NCBI GenBank assembly: GCA_965228735.1
Contig: OZ245838.1
Location: forward strand, 160,001 to 224,000
Length of the DNA: 64,000 nucleotides
Source: Planctomycetota bacterium
Lineage (GTDB): Bacteria > Planctomycetota > UBA1135 > UBA2386
Direction: 5' to 3'
How positions within the stretch are numbered: the first letter of the stretch is position 1; every line of letters starts with the position of its first letter. Shown one piece after another: positions 1-10,180 of the stretch. A program made the translations under genes and the position numbers. The notes beneath the pieces were generated by a model. It had not been told where the DNA came from. It worked only from the letters and a program-made list of their open reading frames with translations, and did not search any database.

Positions 1-68
1 TTCACGGGGCCAATGGTGGGTTGGCGATTCGCGGGCGAGTTTTCGACGGGCCCGGCTTGACCTCGGTT

Positions 69-101
69 CTACACCTGTAGTAGATACTTCTACAGCTGTG
101 G
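69..101. promoter_or_regulatory. Two BlaI/MecI/CopY-type operator palindromes overlapping the promoter and start codon
   Basis: CTACA-CC-TGTAG at 69-80 and CTACA-GC-TGTGG at 90-101 match the TACA-NN-TGTA box of BlaI/CopY repressors; TTGACC at 57-62 is -35-like. Confidence 0.75.
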
Positions 102-523
102 CAGACAACGTTCGATTGACCGAGGCCGAGTGGGTCGTGATGCGCGCCGTGTGGCGTGACGCGCCGGCCAGCGCCCGCGACGTGCTCGAGCGCGCCACCG
201 GCACGGACTGGGCCTACACCACGGTGAAGACGCTGCTCGCGCGGCTCGTCGACAAGGGCGCGCTCGCGGTCGAACGCCGTGGCAACACCAGCTTCTACTC
301 GCCGCTGTGGCAGCCGGCCGAGGCGCGCCGGTCGGCGGTGAGGTCATTGTTGAAGGCGGCGTTCGACGGCTCGTTCGGACACCTCGTGCAACATCTCGCG
401 ACCGAAGAGGAGCTGTCCGATCAGCAACGCCGCGACCTCGATGCGATGCTGCGCCAGGTAGCGGACCCCGACTCGGGTGGCGGCCGACGCGACGCGGATC
501 CAGCAGGGGGCAGAGCGCCGTGA
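98..523 (+). CDS. BlaI/MecI/CopY family transcriptional repressor
   Basis: LTEAEWVVMRAVW...WAYTTVKTLLARLVDKG...FDGS motifs; GTG start. Confidence 0.93.
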   Translation: MADNVRLTEAEWVVMRAVWRDAPASARDVLERATGTDWAYTTVKTLLARLVDKGALAVERRGNTSFYSPLWQPAEARRSAVRSLLKAAFDGSFGHLVQHLATEEELSDQQRRDLDAMLRQVADPDSGGGRRDADPAGGRAP

Positions 524-1581
524 CCGAACTCGTCGTGTTGTCCGTGCAGGTCCTGGCCCTCGCGGTGCTCGCGCTCGGGCTCGAAGCGACGTTGCTGCGG
601 CGGTCGCCGGCGGCGGCGCGGGAACTGCTCTGGCTCGTCGTGCTGCTGCGGTTCTTCCTGCCCGTCGAGTGGGGGACCGGCGCGTGGCCGGGTGGCGGCG
701 TGGCCCTCGGTTCGGCGTTCGGGCCGTGGACCGGGTCGGCGACCTCGGCGAGCGGCGACGGGTCGCCGTGGATCGAAGCACTGCGTTGGAGCGGGGCGGC
801 CGCACTCGTCGCAGTCGGTGGCTCGCGCTTTCTCCGCGCGCGGTCCCGCCTCGAGCGGAACGCGATGGAACCGGACGTGGCGTGGCTCACCGCAGCCCGT
901 CACGCGGCCGCGCGCCTCGGCCTGCGTCGCGCACCGCGACTGCGCGTGAGCGCCACGTCGGTGGCACCCTGCGTGGTCGGCGTGGTGCGACCGGTCGTGT
1001 TCGTTCCCGCGAGCTCCGCAGGTTCCGCATCCGAACGCGAACACGTCCTGTTGCACGAGTTCGCGCACGTCGCTCGGCGCGACGGTTGGCGCGCCGCCCT
1101 CGTCGTCGGCGTGCAGTTGTTGTTCTGGTTCCACCCCGTCGTGTGGCTCGCGGCGCGGCGGCTCGCGTTGCTGCGTGAGATCGGTGCCGATCAGAGGGCA
1201 GCGGCGCGCGCTACCGGCGGGGCCTCGGCCTACGGCCGCACGTTGCTCCGCTGGTCGAGCGTGCCGCCTGCATCGTTCGCGATCGCCGGCTGGCAGCAGC
1301 GTTCGAGTCTGCGCACCCGGATCGAACAACTCGTGCAGCACTCGGCCGCGCGACGACCCGTGCGCCGCTGCGTCACCTTCGCCGCGTCCGTGACGCTGGC
1401 CGTGCTCAGTCAGGCCGCACTCGCCGGTCGCACCGCATCCGAGAGCGCCGATTCGGCTGCGGGCGCGATGGGCGCCGACTTCTCGTTCCCCGCCGATGCG
1501 CGTGACCTGCCTGGTTGCCTGCAACGTCGTTACGTCGTGTTCCAGGCGCTTGCCGCCGAGCGGGAGCGCGCGTCGCGGTGA
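520..1581 (+). CDS. BlaR1-like M56 family membrane metallopeptidase without a large C-terminal sensor domain
   Basis: HEFAH zinc motif, WFHPVVW...REIGAD motif, TM helices; GTG at 520 overlaps the repressor stop (GTGA). Confidence 0.88.
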   Translation: MTELVVLSVQVLALAVLALGLEATLLRRSPAAARELLWLVVLLRFFLPVEWGTGAWPGGGVALGSAFGPWTGSATSASGDGSPWIEALRWSGAAALVAVGGSRFLRARSRLERNAMEPDVAWLTAARHAAARLGLRRAPRLRVSATSVAPCVVGVVRPVVFVPASSAGSASEREHVLLHEFAHVARRDGWRAALVVGVQLLFWFHPVVWLAARRLALLREIGADQRAAARATGGASAYGRTLLRWSSVPPASFAIAGWQQRSSLRTRIEQLVQHSAARRPVRRCVTFAASVTLAVLSQAALAGRTASESADSAAGAMGADFSFPADARDLPGCLQRRYVVFQALAAERERASR

Positions 1582-1625
1582 TCGTTTCCGCTCGTTCTTC
1601 CGACCCTCGATCCAAGAAACCCGTC

Positions 1626-2243
1626 ATGCGCACGCTTGCTGCTTTTGCTCTCGGTTCGCTCTCCGTCCTACTCCTCGGCGCCGTCTCCGGTCGCGTTCTC
1701 TCTGCTCCCGCGGCCCAGCCGCAGGATCCGCAGGAACTCGCGAAGATGATGGAGAAGGCCAAGAAGTTCACGCAGCCCGGCCCGCACCACGAACACCTGA
1801 AGCGCTTCGTCGGCACGTGGGAGTGGACGAGTCACTTCGTCATGGGCGGGCAGAAGACGCCCGGCGAGACCGGCACGAGCACCGCGAGCTGGCTCATGGA
1901 CGGCCGCTGGCTGCGCATCGAAGGGCAGGGCACGATGATGGGGCAGAAGTTCAAGAACCACATCCTGCTCGGCTACGACAACTTCAAGCAGAGCTTCGTG
2001 ATGTCGAACGTGAGCAGCCTCGACACCGCGCTGCGGCACGCCGAGGGCGACATGACACCGACCGGCGACGCGCTCGTGATGTACGGCACCCTCGACGAGT
2101 ACCTGACCGGCGAGCACGACAAGATGGTGAAGTACGTCTATCGCTTCCTGAGCGACGACGAGTTCGTGCTCGAAGTGCACGACCTGCCGATCGGCCTCGA
2201 GAACACGCAGGTCATGGAGGCCCGCTTCCAGCGGGCGAAGTAG
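1626..2243 (+). CDS. DUF1579 family exported protein
   Basis: Signal peptide; PGPHHEHLKRFVGTW, DGRW, GYDN motifs; ATG at 1626 chosen within ORF 1515..2243. Confidence 0.8.
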   Translation: MRTLAAFALGSLSVLLLGAVSGRVLSAPAAQPQDPQELAKMMEKAKKFTQPGPHHEHLKRFVGTWEWTSHFVMGGQKTPGETGTSTASWLMDGRWLRIEGQGTMMGQKFKNHILLGYDNFKQSFVMSNVSSLDTALRHAEGDMTPTGDALVMYGTLDEYLTGEHDKMVKYVYRFLSDDEFVLEVHDLPIGLENTQVMEARFQRAK

Positions 2244-2380
2244 CACCACCGCGCGCTGCTATCGCTACGCGAGCGAAACGCGGGCCCTCGTCGTGACGCG
2301 GTTCGGGCACGAATCCCGCCCGAGCGCGCGGATTCGCGCGGCCTGGCGGGCCCGGGCATGCCGCTTGCTGAAGTCCGGGT

Positions 2381-4066
2381 ATGCGCGTCGCCGTCCGACG
2401 GATCCGGATTCTACCGTTCGCAGCGTTACTCTGTGCCGGGGTGCTCGTCGGTCGCGCCCAGCTGAACGCGCAGGGACGTCCGAGTGTGGCGACGGGCCGA
2501 CTCGCCGTGTCGCCGACGGCCCGGTTCGAGCCCGGAAAATCGAGCTGGCCGTCCGTGAGCGGTTCGCGGCGCGGTGCGTGCTCGTCGCCGACCGAGATCG
2601 CGCTGCGCTACTGGCACTACAACCGTCATCGCTTCCTGCCGAGCGCGCGGCCGGTGCGCGCCGCGGCGGCCCCTGCCGACGCTGCCAACACCGACGCGGC
2701 GCGCGGGTCCCGCGACTGGTTGCTCACCGTCGCGCGCACCGGCGAACCGCTCGAGCAGGCCGGGGCCCTGCGAGTGATCGGTTGCGCCGGCGCGGCGCTG
2801 GGCGGGCGATCCCTGCTCGAACGCACGGTCGCGGATTCGGCTGCCCGGCCCGAGTTGCGGGAGGCGGCGCTGCTCGGGCTCGGCGAGCACAGCGGCGCGG
2901 GTGCGCGCTTCCTGCTCGTGCGCGCGGCGGCGGACCCGGCGCTGGCTGTCGAACTCCGGCGCGTCGCCGTCGTGGCCTACGGGATGACGCTCGCCCAGGA
3001 CGGCGCACGGCGCGGGCGATCGCTCGCGAGCCTCGCTCGGGCGGCCGGCGATGTCGACCTGCGGGCCGCAATCGTCGCAGCGGCGGCGCTGGGGAACGTC
3101 GACTGCGTCGCGCTGGAGTCGCGTCGTTGGCTCGCCGCGGCGCGGTTGCCGGATCGCGACGACCTGCCCGCGACGGCAGCTGCGATGCTGGTCTCCGGAC
3201 TCTCGCGGGCCGACGCTGCGCGGGCCCTGCATCCGCTGCTCGGCGCCGAGCGTGCCGAACTCGCGCACGCGGCGCGATGCGTGGGAGCGGCGCACGAGAC
3301 CGCATCCGCCGTGGATCTCGACAAGTGGCTCGGCCAGGGCGTCATCGGTGAGCGCGCGCTGACCCTGCTGGCGTGCGTCGGCCGGTCGGACCTGCCCGCG
3401 ATCGTCGATCGAATGCTCGTGACGCCGACTCTCGCGGGGGTCGCGGCGTTCGTGCTCGCGCTCGACGTGCGCCTGACGAAGCGGGATCGGCGGGCCGCGC
3501 TGACCCGACTCGAGGTCGGTCGCAAGCGCGGTCGCAAGTTCGCCGATCGGCCGCTCTGGCTGCTGGCCGAGGCGCTGCTCGACGACCCCACCGTCGCCCC
3601 GCGCGCGCTCGAGCTGCTGCGCGAGCCGCGCACTGCATCCGCGCAACGCATCGCGGCCGTGGATGCGCTCGTCATCGGCGCGCGGCCGGCGCCCGCCGAG
3701 CAACTGGACTCCGTGCGCGAGGCCCTGGCGCGTGACCCCGACGCGGCCGTCCGGGCGCAGGCCATCGACGTGCTCGTCCGGCACCGGCGGCACGGTGACG
3801 TGGCCGTCCTGCTCGAGGCGGTGGACGGCGCGCCGCCGGCGGAGCGACCGATCTTGCTCGAGATGCTCGGCCGGGCCCGCTCGCCCTGGGCCGAACGCGC
3901 TCTGCGGCGGCATTGCACCGATCGCGCGCTGCCGGTCGCCGAACGGATCGCGGCGTGGCGCGGCCTCGCGCATTGCGTGCGGCACAGCGGTCCGAGCACG
4001 TTGCAGCGGCTCGGCCACGGTGTCCGCTTCGCGTTCGAGCGCGAGTGGCTGCTGGCGCTGCGCTGA
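2381..4066 (+). CDS. HEAT-repeat-like helical hypothetical protein
   Basis: Repeated Ala/Leu/Arg helical motifs (LREAALLGLG, DPDAAVRAQAIDVL); hydrophobic N-terminus. Confidence 0.6.
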   Translation: MRVAVRRIRILPFAALLCAGVLVGRAQLNAQGRPSVATGRLAVSPTARFEPGKSSWPSVSGSRRGACSSPTEIALRYWHYNRHRFLPSARPVRAAAAPADAANTDAARGSRDWLLTVARTGEPLEQAGALRVIGCAGAALGGRSLLERTVADSAARPELREAALLGLGEHSGAGARFLLVRAAADPALAVELRRVAVVAYGMTLAQDGARRGRSLASLARAAGDVDLRAAIVAAAALGNVDCVALESRRWLAAARLPDRDDLPATAAAMLVSGLSRADAARALHPLLGAERAELAHAARCVGAAHETASAVDLDKWLGQGVIGERALTLLACVGRSDLPAIVDRMLVTPTLAGVAAFVLALDVRLTKRDRRAALTRLEVGRKRGRKFADRPLWLLAEALLDDPTVAPRALELLREPRTASAQRIAAVDALVIGARPAPAEQLDSVREALARDPDAAVRAQAIDVLVRHRRHGDVAVLLEAVDGAPPAERPILLEMLGRARSPWAERALRRHCTDRALPVAERIAAWRGLAHCVRHSGPSTLQRLGHGVRFAFEREWLLALR

Positions 4067-4157
4067 CGGCCGTCGGTTCGTCCAGGTCGGCAGGTGCATC
4101 GCCGCTGTCGGTGCGGCAGACTGGGGGCATGGGTTCGGTGTCCGGAGGCGGCGCTTC

Positions 4158-5738
4158 ATGATCGGCTCGCGCCGTCGGCGCCGGCAGCTGCGCGGCGCCG
4201 AACTGGAGGCCGCACTCGCCAGGCGGCGGCGCTGGCTCGTCGTGCTCGCGACGCTGGTGGCGGCGGGCCTGCGCCTGCTCGAACTCGGTTCCTGGTCGTT
4301 CTGGGTGGACGAGTCGCACACGTTCCGTGATGCGACGATGCCGCTCTACGGCGAGAACGGCTTCTTCTCGACGAATCGGTCGTACTATCCGCTGACGTTC
4401 CTGCTGCTGCGGGCGCTGATCGACGGCGGCCTGGTGGGCCACGACGAGCTCGCGCTCCGGTTGCCGTTCGCGGTCGTCGGGATCGTGACCGTGCCCGTCT
4501 TGTGGGCATGCGGCCGCGCGATCGTCGGCGAGCGGGCGGCGGTCCTGTCCGCGTGGCTGCTGGCGCTCATGCCGTGGCACGTGTTCTGGAGTCAGAGCGC
4601 GCGGGGCTACGTGTTCTTGCTGCTGTCATCGATCGTGGTCGCTGCGCTCCTGTGGCGCTGGCATATCGGTCGCCGGCGGCGAGACCTGTGGCTCGCGGTG
4701 CTCGTCGGTGTGCTCGGCTACCTGTTCCACCCGACCGCGGCGATGCAGTTCGTCGGCTTCGGGCTATTCGTGCTCCTGCGTGGCCGCAATCCGAGTCCGT
4801 GGGTGCTCGCGATCGGGGCGCTCGTTCTGCTCGTTCTGCTGGCCGCCGCGCCATCGCTGCTCGAGCTGCTCTTCCCGGAGTTCGCGCGCTCGAAGGCAGG
4901 GCGGACGTCGTTCACGCACTTCGTGACGACGAGCGGCTACTACTTCCGCCCGCTCGTCCTCGTCGCCGCGGTTGCGGGATTCGCGCTGCTGCGTCGGGAT
5001 GGCGAACCCGCGCGCGTCGCGTTCTTCGGCTGTCTCGCGGCGACGCCGTTCGTGTTGCTCTTCGAGGTCGGCATGACCGTCGCGCAGACCACCGCGCGGT
5101 ATGCGCTCTGCACTCTGCCGCTCATCCTCTGGTTGGCGGCGCATGGTGCGGTGCGGGTCGGAGATCTGCTGACGAACGATGGCAACGCGGCGAGAGCAGA
5201 GGACGGATCACGCGCCGCGACGCGAGTCGCGGGCGCGTTCGTCGCCGTTCTCCTGCTCGCCGACCTCGGCGTCGGGGCCTTCCAATACTTCGCGCATCAT
5301 CATGGCGAGCGGGCACGGTGGCACGAGGCCGCGGCGTTCCTCGAGCGCGAGTTCGCGGACGACAACCTCTACGTCGTCACGACCAACGAACCGACGGTGC
5401 GCTACTACCTGACGCCCGACTACTGGCAGAACGACCGACTCGAGGATCCGCGCCGCATCGTCCGCATCATCGAGGACTTCATGCTCGACGGTGAGTTGCA
5501 GGGCAATCGACTACACGAGCCCGGGGCGGCGGAGCACCTGCGATGGCGCCGCGCCGAGGCGAAGGCCGCCGGGGCACGGTTCGTGATCGCGGGCACGATG
5601 CCGATGCTCCAATCGGTCGATCCGTCGGGCGACCTGCTGCGGCGGCTGCGGTCCGACTTTCGCCTCGCGCTGCATCTGCCGTGCTGGATCGGTCCCAAGG
5701 ACGAGAGCATCTTCGTCTACGTCGATACCGCGCCCTGA
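4158..5738 (+). CDS. GT-C fold membrane glycosyltransferase (ArnT/PMT-like)
   Basis: SFWVDE motif, LRLPFA, WSQSARGY, many TM helices; GGAGG RBS before ATG 4158. Confidence 0.8.
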   Translation: MIGSRRRRRQLRGAELEAALARRRRWLVVLATLVAAGLRLLELGSWSFWVDESHTFRDATMPLYGENGFFSTNRSYYPLTFLLLRALIDGGLVGHDELALRLPFAVVGIVTVPVLWACGRAIVGERAAVLSAWLLALMPWHVFWSQSARGYVFLLLSSIVVAALLWRWHIGRRRRDLWLAVLVGVLGYLFHPTAAMQFVGFGLFVLLRGRNPSPWVLAIGALVLLVLLAAAPSLLELLFPEFARSKAGRTSFTHFVTTSGYYFRPLVLVAAVAGFALLRRDGEPARVAFFGCLAATPFVLLFEVGMTVAQTTARYALCTLPLILWLAAHGAVRVGDLLTNDGNAARAEDGSRAATRVAGAFVAVLLLADLGVGAFQYFAHHHGERARWHEAAAFLEREFADDNLYVVTTNEPTVRYYLTPDYWQNDRLEDPRRIVRIIEDFMLDGELQGNRLHEPGAAEHLRWRRAEAKAAGARFVIAGTMPMLQSVDPSGDLLRRLRSDFRLALHLPCWIGPKDESIFVYVDTAP

Positions 5739-5781
5739 TTGGCTTGCGGTGCGCCCCGCGCTGGCCGATATCATCGCCTGT

Positions 5782-7053
5782 ATGGTGTGCACTTCCGGCA
5801 GCTTCCTCTTCGGCAACCCGAGCTCGCTCGCCGCGGCTCTCGTGTTCACGTTCGTCGGCCTCGCCGGTGCGTGTTCTGCTCAGGCCGAGGGGGACGAGCA
5901 AGAGCAGGGTCAGGAGCCGGTCCTGTCCGACGCGGCGACCGAGACGCCGAGCGACTTCGTGCGGTTCGTCAGCGAGGGGGCGGGCGGCCACCTCGATACG
6001 GCGATCACGACCTACAGCAAGGACGGCGTCGAGGTCGTGTTCTACGGCGCCGTGCACATCGCCGACGAGACGTGCTATCAGGTGCTCAACGATCGGTTCA
6101 TGGCGCACGACGCGCTGCTCTACGAGCTGGTCGCACCGCCGGATCATCGCCCGACGCGCGAGCGCGAGGTCGGGTTCAACCCGATCAGCCTGCTGCAGAT
6201 GGGGCTGAAGAACTCGATGGAACTGTCGTTCCAGCTCGACGTCATCGACTACCAGGCGGAGAACTTCGTGCACGCGGACATGACGCCGCAGGAGTTCCAG
6301 GCCAGCATGGCGGAGCGCGGCGAGAGCCTGCTGAGCATCATGTTCGACATGATGGTCAACGGCATGAAGATGCAGCGCGAGATGGCGGACTCGGGCGAGC
6401 CGATGCCGATGGAGGAGTTCGACCTCGTCACCGCGTTCCGCAACCGCAACGGCCGTCACACGCTGCGCATGGCGCTCGCGTCGCAGCTCGAGCAGATGGA
6501 GGCGCTCGCGGCCGGCGCCAAGCCCGGCGGCAGCACGCTGCTGGAGGGCCGGAACGAGAAGTGCCTCGAGGTGCTGAAGCGCGAGATCGCGCAGGGCCGG
6601 AAGAACCTCGGCATCTACTACGGCGCGGCTCACCTGCCGCACATGGAGCAGCGCCTCGTCGAGGACATGGGCTTCAAGAAGACCGGCCACGAGTGGCTCG
6701 TCGCGTGGGACTGCACGCCGCGACCCGATCCCAAGTTCGACCGGCAGCTCGTCAAGCAGCGCCGCCAGTGCAAGAAGGACATGGCCGAGCTCGCGGCCGC
6801 GATGCGCCGCTACCGCCTGGATGAACGCCCGGAGTCGATCCCGACGGTCGCCGAGCTCGCAGCGGCGCAGAAGGACGGCAAGCCGCGCTACACGGGCCCG
6901 CAGCAGGACCCGTGGGGCAACGACTTCCTGATCGAGAAGCGTCAGTACGGTCGCCGCTGGCAGCTCCGCAGCCTCGGCCAGGACGGCAAGAAGCTCACGG
7001 ACGACGACATCCGCGTCCAGGAACCCCGCGGCGGCGGCCTGAAGATCTTCTAG
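5782..7053 (+). CDS. Exported hypothetical protein: TraB/GumN-like N-terminal part plus GspG-like C-terminal motif
   Basis: GAVHIAD...YELV and IYYGAAHLP motifs; C-terminal DPWGND...LRSLGQDGK..TDDDI; ATG 5782 favoured by TATCAT 7 nt upstream. Confidence 0.6.
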   Translation: MVCTSGSFLFGNPSSLAAALVFTFVGLAGACSAQAEGDEQEQGQEPVLSDAATETPSDFVRFVSEGAGGHLDTAITTYSKDGVEVVFYGAVHIADETCYQVLNDRFMAHDALLYELVAPPDHRPTREREVGFNPISLLQMGLKNSMELSFQLDVIDYQAENFVHADMTPQEFQASMAERGESLLSIMFDMMVNGMKMQREMADSGEPMPMEEFDLVTAFRNRNGRHTLRMALASQLEQMEALAAGAKPGGSTLLEGRNEKCLEVLKREIAQGRKNLGIYYGAAHLPHMEQRLVEDMGFKKTGHEWLVAWDCTPRPDPKFDRQLVKQRRQCKKDMAELAAAMRRYRLDERPESIPTVAELAAAQKDGKPRYTGPQQDPWGNDFLIEKRQYGRRWQLRSLGQDGKKLTDDDIRVQEPRGGGLKIF

Positions 7054-7096
7054 ACCCCGAGCGACTGGCGCGACGGGGGTTGCGCAAGCAACCCCG

Positions 7097-8674
7097 CTAC
7101 CAGCCCTTTTGGCGCCCTAGGTCCTGCGGGCGCGCATCGGCGTCGGCGACGTTCCATGCGGTCCAGAACGCGAGGCGCGCGACCGACTCCATCGCCGCGT
7201 AGCCGAGCTTGTCGGCGTGGTCGGTCACCTGGTGGTAGTCCGGGTGCTCGCCGTCGCAGAAGAACACCACGGGGATGCCCTTCTTCGCGAAGTTGTAGTG
7301 GTCGCTGCGCTGGTAGTAGGTGTCGCCGCTCGTGAACTGGATGCCGAACTTGCCGCCGAGCTCGACCGCGTCGCGCACGATCGTCGAGTATTTCTGGTGC
7401 GCGTAGCTCGGTGTGATTCGCATCTGCGGCCGCTCGGGCGTGCCGCCGGCGCGGCCGATCATGTCGATGTTGACGTTGGCGATGATGCGCTTGACGGGCC
7501 AGGTCGGGTTGTCGGCGAAGTGCTCGGAGCCCCAGAGCCCGAGCTCCTCGCCGCTCACCGACAGGAAGATCACCGACCGTGACGGCGCGGGGCCGCCTTT
7601 GGCGAACGCCTCGGCGATCTCGAGCAGCCCCGCGGTGCCGCTCGCGTTGTCGTCGGCGCCGTTGAACACGTCGCCGTCCACGCGTTCGCCGATGTGGTCG
7701 TGATGCGCCGAGATGACGACGGCCTCGGCCTTCTTGTCCGAACCGTCCAGCACGGCGACGACGTTGCTCGCGCTCGTGTCGTCCTCCTCGACCACGATGC
7801 GGAGCGAGCCCTTGCTGGTCTTCTTGCTGTCCGGCTCCTGCGGCTTGCCGTCCTGGTCGAGTGCCGAGCCGATGTGATCGAGCAGCCCGAGGCTGGTCTT
7901 GCGATTTAGAATGAACAGCGGCACCCGCGCCTGCGCTGACCGCCGCCGCGAACTGCCGTACTGAAGCTTGGGGTGGTCCGGCTGCAGCGCGTAACTGTTG
8001 AGCGCGTCGCTGAGCCCGGTCGCATCGTCGAGCAGGCAGACGACGACGGCACTCGCGCCCTTGCGCTGCAGCCGCCGGCTCAGATCGACGAACCGGCCGA
8101 TTGCCTGCAGGCGGTTGCCCGGCGCGTTGCCCGTCACGAGGCCCTGCAGCACGACGACGGGAATGCGACCCTTGAGCTTCGGCATCGCGTCGCCCGTGCC
8201 GTTGCCGCAGTAGGCGAACTTGCCGCGCAGCGCGACCGACTCCTCGTCCGCGGACGGCAGGATCGTGTAGCCCTCGCGCACCTTGGTCCGGCCGAACGAC
8301 AGCTCCGTCTTCTTGCCGATCCGCACGCTCGCCAGCGGATACTCCTGCAGGTAGCCGCGCTTGTCGCCGAGCGGCCGGAGCCCGAGGGCCTTGAAGCGGT
8401 CGGCGACGTATTTCGCCGTCGCGCGCTGCCCCGTGCTGCTCGTGTAGCGGCCGTTGCGTTCGTCGCTCGCGAGCCAGTAGGCGTGCTTGGCGAGATCGTT
8501 GCGATCGATGAGCTGCAGGTGCGGCGGCGCGCCGTCGGGCGGCTTGGCCGGCTCCCCGAGCTGCGGCGGCTCGTCGGGCGCCGGGCTCGCGGTCGTGGCA
8601 CCTCCGTTCTTCTTGTCCTGGGCCGACGCGATGGAGGTCGCGCACATGACGGCGAGCAGCGGCGTGAGTCGCAT
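7097..8674 (-). CDS. M28 family aminopeptidase (exported)
   Basis: SAHHDH, NGADDNASG, GEELGLWGS, NIDMIGR, RSDH, DYHQVTD motifs; signal peptide. Confidence 0.92.
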   Translation of the reverse strand: MRLTPLLAVMCATSIASAQDKKNGGATTASPAPDEPPQLGEPAKPPDGAPPHLQLIDRNDLAKHAYWLASDERNGRYTSSTGQRATAKYVADRFKALGLRPLGDKRGYLQEYPLASVRIGKKTELSFGRTKVREGYTILPSADEESVALRGKFAYCGNGTGDAMPKLKGRIPVVVLQGLVTGNAPGNRLQAIGRFVDLSRRLQRKGASAVVVCLLDDATGLSDALNSYALQPDHPKLQYGSSRRRSAQARVPLFILNRKTSLGLLDHIGSALDQDGKPQEPDSKKTSKGSLRIVVEEDDTSASNVVAVLDGSDKKAEAVVISAHHDHIGERVDGDVFNGADDNASGTAGLLEIAEAFAKGGPAPSRSVIFLSVSGEELGLWGSEHFADNPTWPVKRIIANVNIDMIGRAGGTPERPQMRITPSYAHQKYSTIVRDAVELGGKFGIQFTSGDTYYQRSDHYNFAKKGIPVVFFCDGEHPDYHQVTDHADKLGYAAMESVARLAFWTAWNVADADARPQDLGRQKGW

Positions 8675-8684
8675 ACCGGAGATG

Positions 8685-9467
8685 CTAGTCGAGGTGCGGG
8701 GGCGCCGTCTCGTTCGAGCCGCCCTGGGATTCGCCCAGGCTCGGCCCCCGCAACTCGACCGGCCGGCCGCGGGTCCGCAGCCGCAGGTTGAGTGCCTCGA
8801 CCAGCACCGAGAACGCCATCGCGAAGTAGAGGTAGCCCTTCGGGATGTCGAAGTGCAGCGCGGCCGTGATCAGCGTGAATCCGATCAGCAGCAGGAAGCT
8901 CAGGCCGAGCATCTTGACCGTCGGGTGCCGTTCGATGAACGCGCACACGCGCTCCATGAACGCGAGCATCACGCCGATCGCGATCACGATCGCGATGACC
9001 ATGACCGCGAGGTGTTGCGCCACGCCGACCGCCGTGATGATCGAGTCGAGCGAGAACACGGCGTCGAGCACGAGGATCTGCACGACGGCCGCGCCGAACG
9101 TCAGGGAGCCCTGCGCGGATTCGGATTCGCCGGTGCCCTCGAGCTTGTGGTGAATCTCCGTGACCGCCTTCCACATGAGGAACAGGCCACCCGCGCCGAG
9201 GATCAGATCGCGTCCCGTGACCGGGTGTTCGAACACGGTGAACCACGCCGCGGAGAGTCCCATCACCCAGCTGATCGAGAACAGCAGCGCGATGCGCAGC
9301 ACCATCGCGAGCATCAAGCCGATGCGGCGGGCCCGTTGGCGCTGCGACTCCGGCAGCCGGCTCGAGACGATCGACAGGAACAGCAGGTTGTCGATGCCGA
9401 GAACGACCTCGAGCGCGGTCAGGGACAGCAGCGCCAGCCAGGCCTGCGGATCGGTCAGCCACTCCAT
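8685..9467 (-). CDS. terC: TerC/Alx family membrane protein
   Basis: LEVVLGIDN, DAVFSLDSIITAVG, IPKGYLYFAMAFS motifs. Confidence 0.93.
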   Translation of the reverse strand: MEWLTDPQAWLALLSLTALEVVLGIDNLLFLSIVSSRLPESQRQRARRIGLMLAMVLRIALLFSISWVMGLSAAWFTVFEHPVTGRDLILGAGGLFLMWKAVTEIHHKLEGTGESESAQGSLTFGAAVVQILVLDAVFSLDSIITAVGVAQHLAVMVIAIVIAIGVMLAFMERVCAFIERHPTVKMLGLSFLLLIGFTLITAALHFDIPKGYLYFAMAFSVLVEALNLRLRTRGRPVELRGPSLGESQGGSNETAPPHLD

Positions 9468-9486
9468 GGGGCGCCGACGATACGCC

Positions 9487-9583
9487 TCAGTCGTCCCCGT
9501 CCGGCGCGGAATCGAGTAGCCGCTTCAGCCGGCCCTCGACGTGGTCGACCGCGATCGTCTTGGTCCGCGCGGCACGACCGCGC
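9487..9583. repeat. Direct-repeat copy of the NFACT gene 3' end (att-like copy 1)
   Basis: Aligns by eye with 10295-10392, with 7 substitutions and one 1-nt deletion. Confidence 0.9.
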
Positions 9584-9605
9584 TGCAGGTGTACGGCCGC
9601 AACGA

Positions 9606-9908
9606 TCACCCACGTTCGAGGTGCACAGTGGGGTCCATCGCCTCGTGCAACACGCGGCGGACTCGCAGTTCGTCGTCGTCAAAGGTGTAGAACACGACAT
9701 GGTGCTCCAGTCGCTTCGACCAGTAGCCTGGCGCCTGCGCGTTCCGGTTCGTGCCCTTCTCGGGTCCCTTCACGAGCTGTTCAATGCCTCGCTCGAGCGC
9801 CGCGGCGTAGCGCTCGGCCTGGACTTCGCCCCAGGTGTCGAACGAGTAGACCCAAATGCCGATCAGATCGGCTTGGGCCGCGCGGTCATGGACAAGCTTC
9901 CTAGGCAT
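9606..9908 (-). CDS. parE: ParE/RelE family toxin
   Basis: AQADLIGIWVYSFDTWGEVQAERY...HHVVFY...VRRVLHEAMD; overlaps the antitoxin stop. Confidence 0.9.
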   Translation of the reverse strand: MPRKLVHDRAAQADLIGIWVYSFDTWGEVQAERYAAALERGIEQLVKGPEKGTNRNAQAPGYWSKRLEHHVVFYTFDDDELRVRRVLHEAMDPTVHLERG

Positions 9909-10161
9909 TCGCAGGCGGGAGTCCCGCTTGTTTGCGAGCTGCCTGCCTGATCTCGTCGAAGTCGAGCGGTCCGGCGTCGCCGCTTTCTGCGCCCGCTTCG
10001 AGTGCTCGCCGCAGAGCTTCCACCTTCTGCTCGTGCTCCTCGAGGAGTCGGAGGCCGGCTCGCACGACCTCGCTCACGTTGGTGTAGCGACCCGCGTCAA
10101 TCTGCGCGTTGCAGAAGCCGTCGAAGTGGTCCCCGAGGGTGATGCTGGTGTTCTTGGCCAT
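9901..10161 (-). CDS. parD: ParD (CC2985-type RHH) antitoxin
   Basis: MAKNTSITLGDHF...GRYTNVSEVVRAGLRLLE motif; ATG at 10161. Confidence 0.92.
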   Translation of the reverse strand: MAKNTSITLGDHFDGFCNAQIDAGRYTNVSEVVRAGLRLLEEHEQKVEALRRALEAGAESGDAGPLDFDEIRQAARKQAGLPPANA

Positions 10162-10180
10162 GGCGGTCACGTGCCGGTCT

